A stretch of DNA of 64,000 nucleotides from the human T2T-CHM13v2.0 reference genome, Homo sapiens. The DNA is taken from the NCBI RefSeq assembly GCF_009914755.1, contig NC_060935.1. The stretch is one strand, 5' to 3'. A model generated the notes under the pieces. That model was not told where the DNA came from. It saw only the letters and a list, made by a program, of their open reading frames with translations, and made no database searches. The first letter of the stretch is position 1; each line of letters begins with the position of its first letter. Made by a program: the position numbers and the translations under genes. Shown here in pieces: positions 44,725 to 62,291 of the stretch.

Positions 44725-47387
44725 TCCAGGCTCTGTTACTTACTAAGTGAGGAGTGGTGGATGAATGAATGACTTAGCCTCTCTGAATCTCAACTGCTTC
44801 CTTCATTTACATGATAGCTCCTGCTCTCTAAGCCTGTTTCTGCATCTGTTAAAAAAAAATGGAGAACACCTCACCAACCCTACTATATATGTCACATAGG
44901 GGTGCTATGAAGAGACAGTGAGAAAAAATATGTAAAAATACTTGGGATGCAATAAAGCACTGTACAAAATAGCATAAGAAGAGCTTATACTATTCTTATC
45001 ACTTTCCAATTTGTGTTCACTCGATTTTAAAGAAGTGACAGAGTAACTAGGATGATACAGGAAAAGGTATACACAGAACTTGGAACACAGTAAGTGCTCC
45101 AAATTACTGGAGGATAGATAAATGAACTGTCTAAAATTCCCAGGCAAGGGCAGCAGCAGGAAAGGGAAGGTTCCCTAGCCCAAGAGCTGAAGATTACCAC
45201 AGAAGGACAAATCAGTCGGGAAAAACATATCCTGCTCCCATCCATCAGTGATCCTGGAGAGTCCAGCAGGCTAAAGACCAAAGAGGTAACAGCTATTACC
45301 ACTGATTGGGGAAGGGGCAATGAAGCAGTCAAGCTTTCTCTTTCTGCTGTGAGTACCTCTGTATTGTTTGAAGTTGTGCTGTTTTTATAACAATGACCAT
45401 ACTATTACTCTTTTTTAAAATAAAACTTTCTTAGGAAAAAAAAAAGTCCTATACTTTAAGAAGCCTTCCCTAAGATGACCTTGTTGCCACCACAATCCCC
45501 TGTGCTAACCTGTATCAATGTAGTTATCATACAGTCCACAGGTCTAACTTCCCCAGTAGGCAAGCATGTCCTTCTAGAAACAAGGACTTGCCTTCATCTC
45601 TTTGCTCCAGGTGCCTGCCATGGCAGTTGGCACACCACAAAGCTCGGGGTCTGAATGAATGAATGTCTACAGCACTTACCTACATTAACTTCTCACCAAT
45701 ACTTCTGTCTGGTGCTGGAAGTTACCTGTTTTATAACTGTAAGCTTGTCTTTTTCGAAGAACTTAGGCTTCTATGTATATGTAGGAGGGTGTGAGTGCAG
45801 CTTCTCAGTCTCAGGGCTGAGGACATTTGTGGATACAGGCCTAGGGGCTACAGGTCACAAATTCCAGTCATGGCTCTATCACTTACTAGCTATGTGACCA
45901 CAATAAATGTCTTTGTGGTCCTTACTTTTATCTGCAGTAAAAGAAGGAAATGAATGAAATTATTTCTGAAGTCCCTACCAGCTCTATAATGTTATAATTC
46001 TAAATATGTGTAGCATCAAAATGAAAATTGAGTAGATTCCTAGCAGACGCTGCACTCAGCAAGACTTCCAACGAAAAGACAACTCCCCAGGCTCTGTTTG
46101 TGGGAGGGAGGGAAAGAGTCCCAGAAAGGGACACAGGGGCAGCTTTGAGTTATTCTGGCTAACTAGCTCTTCCACTCAGGGGAGGGAGGTACCACTTGAT
46201 TTTTCTTCCTCTTTCTTTAGGACCAATCAATACAAAGCGGCCACTGAACTTCAATGACGCATTGTTCCAACTGATTTCCGGATCCTTCACATGAACCAGC
46301 CCTCAGCTGCAGCTGGGGAGGGGCTGAAGGGTAGGGAGCCCTATCCCACCTGCATCAGAGGCCTGGAAGCACTGAGCCATGCAGACCCAATCATGATTGC
46401 TATCTGGGCAACAGGGCCCTGGCTGGAGCCTCACAGAAGGCCCTGTTTACAGTAATAACAGCACCAGGCCCTGCTGTCTGAGCAGAGGCAAGGTGCCTGG
46501 GGCCAGAATCCCCAGGCAGCCTCCATCTGTGCCTTATCTAGCCTGCCAGCCAGGGCTGGGAGGGGCAGGGCAAGGGAGCAAAGGCTGCTCATAGACCCCC
46601 CAGCCTGGGACAGCAGACTTCAGGCAGGGTCTTGGTGCTTCAACTCCATAGACAAGGCCTCTCCAGCAACTTCTGCATTTGCTACTTGAACTGAGCACCC
46701 TTCTCCAAGGCCTAGCTGGGGACCCTTCCGTGAGGAAGCTCTCCAGATGCTCTCACTCCCAGTGAGATGGCCCACTGAGCATTCTGTCATGCCTGGAGAA
46801 CTCCAAGGGAGTGAGAGCAGTGAGGGAGGGGAGAGGCTGGCAGGTATGCAGTACCTACCACAAATGCCAAGTGTACTGTGGAATGTGTCTGCATGTTTCA
46901 TAGCTGGCTATTTCCTATCACAGAAAACTTTAAAATTTCTGAACTTAAAGAATGATCTGCAGAGATTAATCAGTCCAAATCTTCCTTTTACACACACAGA
47001 TAGGGAGGCTCAGAAAGCGTCCCCTTTGGAAAAGACTGATCTATATATGAGCCTGCCTCTGTCTGTCTCTTCCAGGCTGTGTGACTGTGGGCAGATCACA
47101 CTACCCTCTCTGAACCTCAGTCATCTTACCCTATCAGCCTGTCAGCCCTACCTAACATGGGTGCTGAGATGACCAAAGGAAATAATGTTTGTGAGGGCAC
47201 TTACATTTTCCAAATCTTAGTTGCTATTATTACACTTGTTCTGTTTGTTGAGGCACACAGTGGAGGAGCTGAATCACAACCTCAGTGAATACTTGCTGGA
47301 TCAACTGAATAAAGTGCAACACTGGGTGATCATTCTTTGTCCCATCTCTCTTACAGAAACTTGGCCCACATTAAAGTGCTCAGATTA

Positions 47388-48290
<903 letters not shown>

Positions 48291-49408
48291 ACTTATTATG
48301 CATCCATTCGTTCCATAAACTCTTCCTGAGGACTGGTTATTACAGGACTCTGAGCAGGGCACTCAGGGTACTGTGATGAATTCTGTGGTATCCTTGCCTT
48401 CAAAGCATTCACTGGACAGCTACACACTGGGCAAACAGCTAAAATACAAGCAAGGACCCTAGAGGAAGGTGCCATGAGAGTACAGGTCAGAGCAAGAGAG
48501 CCACAGGGATGACTTCCTAGAGGCAGAGTGTGCCAGAAAGGATGGGCCAGAAGCACAGATTCCCAGAGTGACCTTCTGGGATCCTCTATAGCAAACATCT
48601 TTGCTTCCCCAGGCAGTGTGTGCCAAGGCTGAGACTGAATAAAACACGGAAGTCCAACAATACAAGGCCATAAACAGGAGGGAGTGGCCCAAAGCACCTT
48701 CATCTGGGTACCCCTGCCCAGAGCTATTAATATATGCATTTCCCAGAGAGTCAGCAGCTGTGGTGGTGAGAAGGAAAGGCCTGTGCAGGACCTGAGGTGT
48801 GGGAAAGGGTCATAGGCGCCACCTACTGGCCCCACAGCAGGCCTCCTGGCTGGCTGCCAGGAAACCTGTCACACTACAGCAGTGAGACACAAAAGTGGTT
48901 CAAATTTCTCAAACAGTGAAACAGTGTTGGTACTTGAGCCACCTTCTGTGAAGTTCAGGAATCTCACAAAATTTCCAGTAAAGAAGAGACAATGAAAAGC
49001 CAACCATAAAACCTGGCCTCCTCGGGCAAAGGTGTGGCCTTCACTCACTCAACAAAACTGAAGTAACATCTCCAAGCTAGCCTCTGTGTTGGGCATTGAC
49101 AGACACCGAAGTCAATCAGACATGAATCTTGCCTACAAGGAGCTCTTATTCTGAGCTGGAGGAGGGAAAATGAAACAAGCGCACAAATAAGTGCACTAAG
49201 TATCACAGGTGCTCAGAGATGTTTACACAGGCTCAGGGAGCACAACTCACCGCCTTGCAAAGCTCTTGAATGATGGAGTTCAAAAGAGCTCACATTTCTT
49301 GAGCTGCCTACTACGCAACAGATACTTGACATTTATGATCTCATTTGATCCTCTGAAAGAAGCCCAAGTCTTACAGAGGGTAAATGACTGATTAAGATTA
49401 CAAGGCCA

Positions 49409-49708
<300 letters not shown>

Positions 49709-50099
49709 TTACAAGGCCAATAAGTAGCAGCCGGGGATGAAGCCCAAGCTCTATGGAGCCACACTGCCTTCCAGGGCTCATATGCCCAATTCTTCCCTTC
49801 TTTCCCAGATTTAGCATGCGTCAGCACACCATAGTTGTCTGATGGGACCAATCAGCTGACAGAAAATAAGGAAAAGCCTCAAGTGGAAAGGAGTTTACTT
49901 GAGGGGTGAAGATACTTTCTGTTTAGTCCTGAAGCTTCCTAGAACCTTCTCTCTTGGAAGTTCTAGTTCCTTCTAGTCGCATGCTGAGAACATTCCAAGC
50001 CTATCCTTTCTTCTTTCTGGTAGTCTCCATACCACCACCACTACTTTCACATAGTACATATTCACATTTCAAATATTACAAATTCACAAGCAAATACAA

Positions 50100-50550
50100 A
50101 GCCTTAAAGTGTCCTTACCTTTAGGTTAAAACAAGCTCTGCAAACAAATCCAATCAAAGGGTTACAGGACAGAAGAAGTCATGGATCTCAGAAGGCTGGG
50201 CCGATTACAAGCTTAACAGAACCTAGGAGTGTAACGCAGCTGCCAAGAAAGCCAATGCAAGGTCGGGCCATATTAATAGAAGTATAAAATCTTTAACAAA
50301 GGGGATGGTTGCCCTGCTCCTCACAATAATGGTCATGCCACACTGGAATTCAGAGAGGGCACCAAAACTTTCTAGCTGTTTCATTTTAAAATGACTAGGA
50401 TGAGGAGGAGACTTGAAACCACAGTTTAGGGAACCAAGGCTCATATAGCTTGGAGCTCTGTCTCCTAAGAGTTAAAAATCTGGAACAGGAAAAGGAAGCC
50501 ATGTAGTCCTAGAAGACAGAGCTGGGACCAAGTGAGGGGAGTTGCAAAGG
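50100..50550 (+). mobile_element. L3/CR1 fragment
   Basis: gcagctgccaagaaagccaatgca...attaatagaagtata...gtcatgccacactggaat. Confidence 0.6.
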
Positions 50551-50926
50551 GAGCTAACACATAATGACAGCCCATCATGTGCCAAGTGCTATGCCAGGTG
50601 CTTTCACACTATTGCTTCAGAGCTCATCAGAAGATAAAACTGTTTTCTACTACTAATTACAAATTGTCTTTACTTACATTACTCCAACTGCCCAGAAAGT
50701 CTTTCTGCAAAGCTCCTTGTATACAAATACGACCTATCTCCAGACCCAAACTAAAGGCCACCTTGCCTGTGAAGCCCTAACTTTTCACCTGTACTAACTA
50801 CAATTCTCTTACCAGACCGCAAGTTCCTTGAAAGACAAAGGTCATCATGATACATTTTTCTCCCCCTCAATGCCTAATAAGAAATTGCTCATAACAGGCC
50901 TTAAGAATGAATAAATGCCAAAGAAT

Positions 50927-52100
<1,174 letters not shown>

Positions 52101-52859
52101 ATGAATGTATATTCAGTCAGAATCTGCCTATTCTTCAGGAGGCAGAGAGTGCCTCATACCTAGAGGCACCCAAAGAGGGCTGGATGTTGACCATCAGAGA
52201 AGCTAAAGTGGGGACCTGAATACTGGAAAGGAAATGAGGCTGGAGACAAAAGTGCCTGAGATCCTGTGTGACCCATCTAGGGGTTGTGACTGAGCCCCTG
52301 ATGTGTCCTGGGAAGGATCCTGCCCCTCCCCACCCCTGCTGGACTCTTGAGCCCTTGGGAATTCCGGGGGCCTCCCTCAATTGTTTGTGCTTTACATCCT
52401 GCCCCAGTACACTGTCCATCTGCAAAGGCTGGTCAAACACACAGGCTTCGCAGGAGGCCTGGGTGCTATCCCTTCAAACAAAAGGGCATTGAGATGGAAG
52501 CCTCAGCCCAGCCTCAAAGAGGATTCTTATGCAGCCTTCCTGAGCCTTCCATCCACATGAATGGAGGATCCTGGAGACCAGTCAGCCTGCCCAGCTGCTG
52601 CCTAGGGCTGTGCTCTCCTGCTGGTTAGCCTTTGGAGAATAAACAAGGTTTCTATCAACCAATCAATCAACGGGCCAGACTCCATCTGTACCATGTGTCT
52701 TCTGAGTGCCAGCCAGCCTTGTGTGACTTACTACGGTGAAGGCAGGAGAAGGAGGTGCCATACACCTTGCTGTGACAGGGCTCACAGCCTAGGTCAGGAG
52801 AAATACATAAGAAGCAACTGAAGAGAAAAGTGAAGAGATGAATCAGTAAACATGACACA

Positions 52860-53020
52860 GCAATGGTGTGAGGCAGGTCAATTATCATCCCTACTTTGCA
52901 GATGAAGAATCTAAGGTTAAAGATGTTAGACAACTTTTCCAAGGTCACAGAACTAACCAATGGTCACAGCCAGGATTCAAGCCTTGTTTTGTCAGACTCC
53001 AAAGTCCTCACCACTGCTTC
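52860..53020 (-). mobile_element. MIR
   Basis: ctttgcagatgaagaatctaagg...ccaaggtcacag...ggattcaa. Confidence 0.75.
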
Positions 53021-53047
53021 CTGCTAATGATAAGAAATCCACTTGAA

Positions 53048-53414
<367 letters not shown>

Positions 53415-53979
53415 TTAGAAGGACTTTGGGCCTAGGGCTCTTGCTCAGAAGGGAGGAACACAAAGGAGGCAGGACATAGTAGAGCCTCAAAGTTCAGAAA
53501 CTGAAATTTTCTGAGGTTTTTTCAAAAAGGCAGACACAGAACAGGAAGTACAAGGCAAGCAGCTTAAGTGAATATTAGAAGCCCAGTAACACACTGGCTT
53601 GATTGTTTTCAATATTCTTAGATTCATCTCTGTTCCTCAGTTTCCAGGAAAATTCCTTGGGAGAAAAATTCCAGTTGGTTCTGGCGGTGCTGACATGAAT
53701 TGCGTTATGATTTTGATTAAGCTGGGATTTTAGAGGAGAGATAGCACTTGGGCGACATAAATGATGGTAGGGAGGCAGAGCCTGACAACTGCCCCTGCTG
53801 TTAGGCCCTGAGCGATTACAGCTTTGTGGCCTACACTGCCTCAAGAGGCAGGACCATGCCCAAGATGATGCCTGGCACATACAAGCAGGAAGGCACTCAC
53901 ATTAGTTCCTCATGTTCCTCAGCCATCAGAATGGCTACTGATCATATTGATCCCCTCTCAACCCATCTCAGCTGCCACT

Positions 53980-54440
53980 GCCATAAAAATAAAGACAAAG
54001 CTTCTTCATGTGGCCTCTGATGCCCTGTAGGGTCTGCTTGTTCTAGGCTCCTGGCACCTTCCTCTAGCTGGAGTACCATTGGCCTTTTTCAGTCCTTCAC
54101 ACTGGCCTTGCTTCCTCCTCATGCAGGATTCTTGTAAATAAAAGTTCCTTGTGCTAGAGAGCTCTTCCCAACCTTTTCCACCTAGATAAACTCTTCCTTA
54201 TCCTTCAATTCCAAGCTCAAGCTTCCTCTGACCAGGGGAAATCTGGCTGTCACAGGCTCTCCTGATTCTCTGTGTCCTTCCTTTGCAGCATTTGTACTAG
54301 TTGTCATTTCGCATTTGTAGGATTCACGTCTGACAAGGCTTTGAGCTCCATGAGGCAAATCCTGTACATGTCTGACTACTGATCTACCAAGCACAGTGCC
54401 ACACATAGTAGGCACTATTTGTTTAATGAATAAACGATTG
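53980..54440 (+). mobile_element. L2 3' fragment
   Basis: gagctccatgaggca...agcacagtgccacacatagtaggcac...aatgaataaa. Confidence 0.65.
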
Positions 54441-54520
54441 AACTACTTCATTTTTGTTTGTCCTCTGTCTACAGGTTTATTATGACTGTAATAGCTACAC
54501 AGTTTGCTTAATTTTTATCA

Positions 54521-55019
<499 letters not shown>

Positions 55020-55178
55020 TTACATGCACAGTGATGAACAACACAGCAATGGTCTGCTGCCCTCCAAAACTCACAGTGTTGTGAGGGAGAGAAGGAAACA
55101 GATAACCCATCCCAACAGAAGGTGGTAAGTGCTCTCACTTATATAGTACAGGGTGCTATGGGAATCCACAGATACTGG

Positions 55179-55893
55179 TGTTGTAGGAGTTATTAAGAAA
55201 CTATTTCAGGCAGATAAGAGAGGGAGAGGTCCTTGGGAAATTTTCGTTTTTTAAAGCATCTCCAGAAGTTTCTGGTAAAGCCCCGTTCTTAGAGCCAGTC
55301 GGCAACCTTTGATATACAAATGAAGGCCATTAAAAAAACTGGGTCTACCCAGCAGAACGCAGTGGCTCACGCCTGTAATCCCAGCACTTTGGGAGGCCAA
55401 GGCGGGCGGATCACCGGAGGTCGGGAGTTCGGGACCAGCCTGGCCAACATGGAGAAACCCCATATGTACTAAAAATACAAAATTAGCCGGGTGTGGTGGC
55501 GCATGCCTGTAATCCCAGCTACTCAGGACATGGTGCCCTGCATTTGCATATTAAAATGCTAGGGTGGGAGGACCAGCTTTTTTGCAGGGTACATGAATGA
55601 CATACCTAGTCAAACCAATCCCTTGAGTCCTATGCAAATCAGATACCACCTCCTCCAGCCTCTGTATATACCTGGCTGGTATCCATGGCAGGTGGGGTTC
55701 CCTCTCTTGGCTTTGGAGCCCCCTCCCTCTGTCTCTGTACAGGGGAGCTTCTTCCTTCTCCCTTCCTTCTTGCCCCTCCTTCCCTACTAAACTCTCTGCT
55801 CCTTAAAACCAATCCACGTGTTTCCGTGTCATCTTATCTAATTCGACATGAGACAGGAGCACTGGTGTCCCTCCACTCATCAGAGCCGTATCA
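55179..55893 (+). mobile_element. LTR9/LTR9B-like ERV1 solo LTR
   Basis: TGTTGTAGGAGTTATTAAG...GAGCCGTATCA; TG...CA ends; 4-bp TSD CTGG; octamer motifs. Confidence 0.82.
55351..55528 (+). mobile_element. 3'-truncated AluSp-like fragment inside LTR9
   Basis: Left arm and start of right arm; ends at cagctactcagga with no tail. Confidence 0.88.
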
Positions 55894-56445
55894 CTGGGGG
55901 ATCAGGGAAGGCTTTCAGGAAGATGTGACAGTGATGACCGAAGGATGAGGAATTTTCCAGACAAGGACTCACCTGCCTGGAATGCTCACAAGATCCTGGG
56001 AGAGTGATGAGACAAGTATCATCAAAGATACTTTACAGTGGAGGCCCCCGAGGAAACTGAGAGACTAGCCCAAGGCCACACAGGGCTGGCTGTGCTCCTT
56101 TTCAGTGACATGACCCCTCCCTCCAGGCCCACTGCGTTAGGCCCTGGCTGTTCTCTGCTCATGGCCAACTGCCTGCCTCTGCAGGGCTTCTGGGCAGTTG
56201 ACCACCTGCTCCCACAACTCACCTACCCATGAAGTTATAGAGAAGCTGCTAATCCAACCTTTCCCAATTGCCTTCCATCACCAGGGAACAAGCAATCAGA
56301 GCCTCAGCAAGCCACATACCCCAGAAAAGAAGCCAGGCACTACGCCACTCTGTAGAACTGCTTGAGAGGTACAAGGTCTACTTGAGCAAGCCTAGGGTTT
56401 CAGTGTGTGATCTGGACCCTTCCAGAAGGACTCAGCTTTCTCTGA

Positions 56446-56839
<394 letters not shown>

Positions 56840-57689
56840 TCAGTGACTTATTAATGGTCACATAGCTTGTTAGTAACTATGACAAAAGTAAAACGAGGTC
56901 TTTTAATTCTAAAACTCTTGTATTCTTTCTGTAACATTATGCTGCCTTTCCAACATTCTGGAAAGGCATTCAAAAAACCTGTGTACACCCTAGCATTCAA
57001 AAAACTGTGTGATGATCTTCAGAAGCTCTCACTATAAGTATCAAATTACAGGAGTGATGCCCTTGAGGCCTTGACCTTTGGTCTAGGATAAAGCTTGTGT
57101 TTCAATCCACTGCAAGCCACAAGGATATTTACATACTTCCTGATTAAGAGAGCTGGATGTTTTGGTTGCTCTGATGCCATCATTAATATCTTCCCATCCA
57201 GCCAAAATGATACAACAATCAATAAACAGACAGCCTCTCTGAGGCCCCGAGACAGCCAAATGTATTTACCAGCCAGGGTTTTGTTAATTAGATAAAATCC
57301 CTGGATCAATGTGCAGGACATTTACCTATGCTGTAACTAAGTACATTCTGGACACCTCAATCCTGGCACATGGACAGCAAGTGCCTCAAGCCCCAAGCTG
57401 GGGCATCCAGGGACGAGAACCAAACCAAGCCATCAGTGCAAAGCTAGAATAAATATGTTTACCCCTCAACAAAGCCCAACCCTTTCTTTTTTCCTGAACT
57501 GTAAACCAAATCAGATTTTTTTCCCCAAAGCCATCTAGTAAACCAGTTTGGGCTAGTATGAAGTTCTTTATTTTCTAAAGCCATAAAACCAGAAATCAAA
57601 ACAGGACACCAAAAGAATCTCCTAAATGATAATTTAAGAGGCAACATGGCATGTATAGTGGGAAGTCAGAAAGACCCAGAGGTTCTAGT

Positions 57690-58440
57690 GCCTAAATGAC
57701 ATTTCCATTGGCATGTTAAATTCAGCATGTTTAAAACTGAACTCATAATCTTTTCCCCAAACCCAGTGTTCCTCAGGGATCCACATCTCGGTGAATGGCA
57801 AGAGCATCTACACAGATGATCAAGCCAGAAAACTGAAATTCATTAAGACCCTTTTCTCCCTAATCAACCATATCCATTTATATTCATTCATTTATTGAAT
57901 ACTTACTGTGTGGCAGGCACTGTACCAGGCATTGTCCTAACCATCACCAAGTCCTATCTAGTTTACTTCCTCCATCTCTGCTGCTGTCATCTTAGTCCAT
58001 GTCACATCTTCTCTCATCTGGACTACTCCAGCTACTTTTCAACCAGTCTTCCAGCATCCAACACAGATCTCTACCAATCTGTTCTCTACCAAACAACCAG
58101 AATGATCTTTCAAAACTGCAGATCTATATCATGTCACAATGTGTACCTGTTAGTCTTTCTCACACATACACATACTGGCTGAAAATTCCTCAACGGTTGC
58201 CCATGCTCTTAGGACAAAAATAAAAACTGTTAATATGGCCTACAGACCCAGTGTGGTATGGTCCCTGCTTAACTCGCCAACCTCATTTGACACCACTCTC
58301 CCCCTTGCTTTCTAGGGTCCAGCCTTATTGGCCTTCTCTCAATTCCTCAATTTCTCCACATCTTTGAGTCAGGACCTTCCACCTGCTGTTCCCTCTAACT
58401 GAACTGTCTTCCGCCTTTCTCTTCATCATTAAGAGTTCAC
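57690..58440 (+). mobile_element. L2 fragments
   Basis: aattcagcatgtttaaaactgaactcataatctt; ccagaatgatctttcaaaactgcagatct. Confidence 0.7.
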
Positions 58441-58699
58441 TTCAGTCTCATTTACCAGAAGCTTTGATCTAGGACTTTGATCTCTAGAACTGAGAGGAAT
58501 ACATTTATGCTGTTTATAAACCACTCAATCTGCGGTATTCTGTTATAGCAGCCCAAACAGACAAAGACAGTGGCCTTCGGTGACTAGCTTTTTTCACTTA
58601 GCATATTTTCAGGGTTCATCCATGTTGTAGCACGTATCAGTGCTTCCTTTGAATTGATGAATAATATTCTGATGTACTGTTCTATCATATTTTTATGCA

Positions 58700-59695
<996 letters not shown>

Positions 59696-61904
59696 AATTT
59701 TACAGTTGCATAATTAGTTATCTGACTCCTAGTTAGACTGTGCCAAGAGGGCAGGGACTGTGCCAATCTTGTTCGTTACTGTTAACTGCCACATTCAGCC
59801 CAATGCCTAGCTCTGAATATGCACTCGTAAGTATTGGCTGAATGAATTAATCATTTTGTTATTAGTAATAATGACTCTGCCACTCTGTGGGGTTAGTTAT
59901 TATCATCTTCATGTTAGTTGGAAGGTAGGTAATTTGTTCCTTGTTTCACTGGCTCTCAATGTTTGACTCATGTCCTTCTTCCTCACCAGAGGGCACACGA
60001 GCTCCTCTAGGGCAGGGACTGTTTCTCCTTCCTCATTTTGTTGCCACAAATTCAGCTCAGGGCTAGGCACAAAGCACAGGCTGGACAGATGGGCGACTGA
60101 GGGACAAACGGAGAGTCAATCAATGTTCTCCACGACCAGGTCGCTACCTGTCTCCAGTCCCTCCTGGCCTCAGACTGTGATCCAGCAACACCGAACAGCA
60201 AGTGACTTCCCCTCTGCATACCCCCCAGGCTGCTCCTTGCCTTATGCTACCACATATGCTGCCCTTTTTGCCTGGAATGGCTTCCCCTTCTATTTACAAA
60301 GTCCAACTGATATTTTAAGTCTATGATCAGGTGCCATTTCCTCTGGAAGTCTTTCTCAGATCCTCCAGGCTGTTTGTCCTCTGGTCTCCTGCAGCCCCTG
60401 TAGTTTCCTGTCTCACAGCACTGACCACCCTATTGCCACAGTTTACCCCGACTCTGTCATCATGGGCAGGAACCATGACTGCTTAAGTGTTCCCTGTGCC
60501 AAGCAGAGGACTCAGGATATGGCAGATGCTGTTTGTCAAATGAATAAATAAATCCTGGAGAAAAAGGGCAGGCAGTCTGAGGCCCAAGACTGATCTTGCC
60601 AGGCTTCCTTTATTAGAGACTGCTTGGGCTGATGAACAACTGAGGTAAGCACTCAGCAGAGGCCTAGCCCCCTGCTGGGAGAAGGGAGATGGGTAGGGGT
60701 GTTGTCTTTCACCCACTTTGTGCTGAAGGAAATGTGATCTCCACCGGGAGAACAGGAGGCCTCACTTTTCCCAGTCCCAGTCCTGACAACTCCTCACATG
60801 GCTTGGCCTGAGCCTGGACAGATGTGCCTCTAGTCTGCCTTGTGCCCTAGGTTTCGGGTGAGCAGTTCCTCAGGCTCAAGTTTGGGGTAAGCCCAGGAGC
60901 AGGACCACCTGCTCACACTGCTGACAGGTAGGAGGCCAGGCTTCCACTTCTGAGGAACCAGAGATGGATGAACTTAAGTGCCTCAGGGGAGAAGGGAGGA
61001 AATGGATGTCACACAGGAAGGGAGGGAGGGAGGGAGCGAGGGAGGGAGGAAAGAGAAGAGACCTGGCCTCCCTCTGATATAGCCAAGGGGAGTGTGAAAG
61101 CCTCTGGACTGCTTACTTCAGGTACACTGAAAAGTCAATAAAAAGCAAAGAAAGAGTCACAAAAAACAAGTAAGTGCCGCTGTGCTGTGGAACAGGGTAA
61201 AAGACGGTAGAGAACACAACCTTGTCCCTGCCCTTCAGGAGGTGCACAATCCAGCAGTTTCAGATGAAATATAGCCCACAGACTTCTTCATATAAAGAAC
61301 AGTGTGGCAAGTGGCATTCAGCTCTACTTCTCCAACCTGACCTCCAGCTTCTCTTCCACAAAAGGAGCTCCCTCCTGTGACAAGCTGCCATGGTCCTTTC
61401 TAGATCACCCTCATACCCTCCCAGACCAGAAGGCAGGTGTAGGATCAGAGTGGGGGGAAGAGGCAAAGGAAGATGAGATCACACCCAGCTGGGAGGAATC
61501 CAAGAAGGCTCTGTAAGGAAAGCAGCACTAGAGCTTTGAAAGGTGTAAGCAGAGGATAATGAATACAGATGGCAGAGGGCCATCTGTGGAGGACCCACAT
61601 CCAGGGCCCATGGACTGAAGATTCCAGGGTGTCCTTAAAGAGGAGGATCGAATACCTCCCCCTGGGAGCAGAAGAGCATTAGGCTGCTGCCCTTCACTAT
61701 CCAGAACTTTCCCAAGACTCTGGGGCTAAGGACAGGAGCTGGGGGAGGTCAAGTAGAGGCAGACACAGTACAGAGCCCCAGAGAGGTCAAGTGGGGAAGA
61801 AGGGTAAAGCACGACATTATTTACGAGGTCTGAGTTTTGCTCTAAATACTGATATTATTGACCATATCAATCATATACACAGTGACCCAACCATGTGTAA
61901 CCTA

Positions 61905-62291
61905 CAGTCATGCGCTACACAATGATGTGTTTGTTAACGATAGACTGCATGTATGAGGTGGTCTTATAAGATTATAATGAAGCTGAAAAATTCCTATCCT
62001 CTTGTGACGTTGTAACTGTCTCAACATCATAGTGCAACAAATGACCTTTTCTGTATTTAGGTATGTCTAGATACATAAATACTTACCATTATGTTACAAT
62101 TGCCTACAGTATTCAGGGCAATAACGTGCTATACAGATTCCTAGCCTAGGAGCAACAGGCTATACCATATAGATTAGGTGTGTGGTAGGCTATTACCATT
62201 TAGGTTTGGGTAAGTATACTCTATGATGTTCACACTGTGATGAAATTGCACTACTCAGAATGTGTCCCTATTGTTAAGCAAGGCATGACTG
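61905..62291. mobile_element. Tigger3-derived (MER7) Tc1/mariner MITE
   Basis: Terminal inverted repeats cagtcatgc...gcatgactg flanked by TA on both sides. Confidence 0.88.

Noticed and set aside
56966-57010. 19-bp direct repeat gcattcaaaaaa(c)ctgtgt
   Set aside because: Small slippage duplication with no functional clue.
58462-58483. Paired CTTTGATCT TCF-like sites
   Set aside because: Lies in a decayed MLT/MST LTR fragment; no supporting context.
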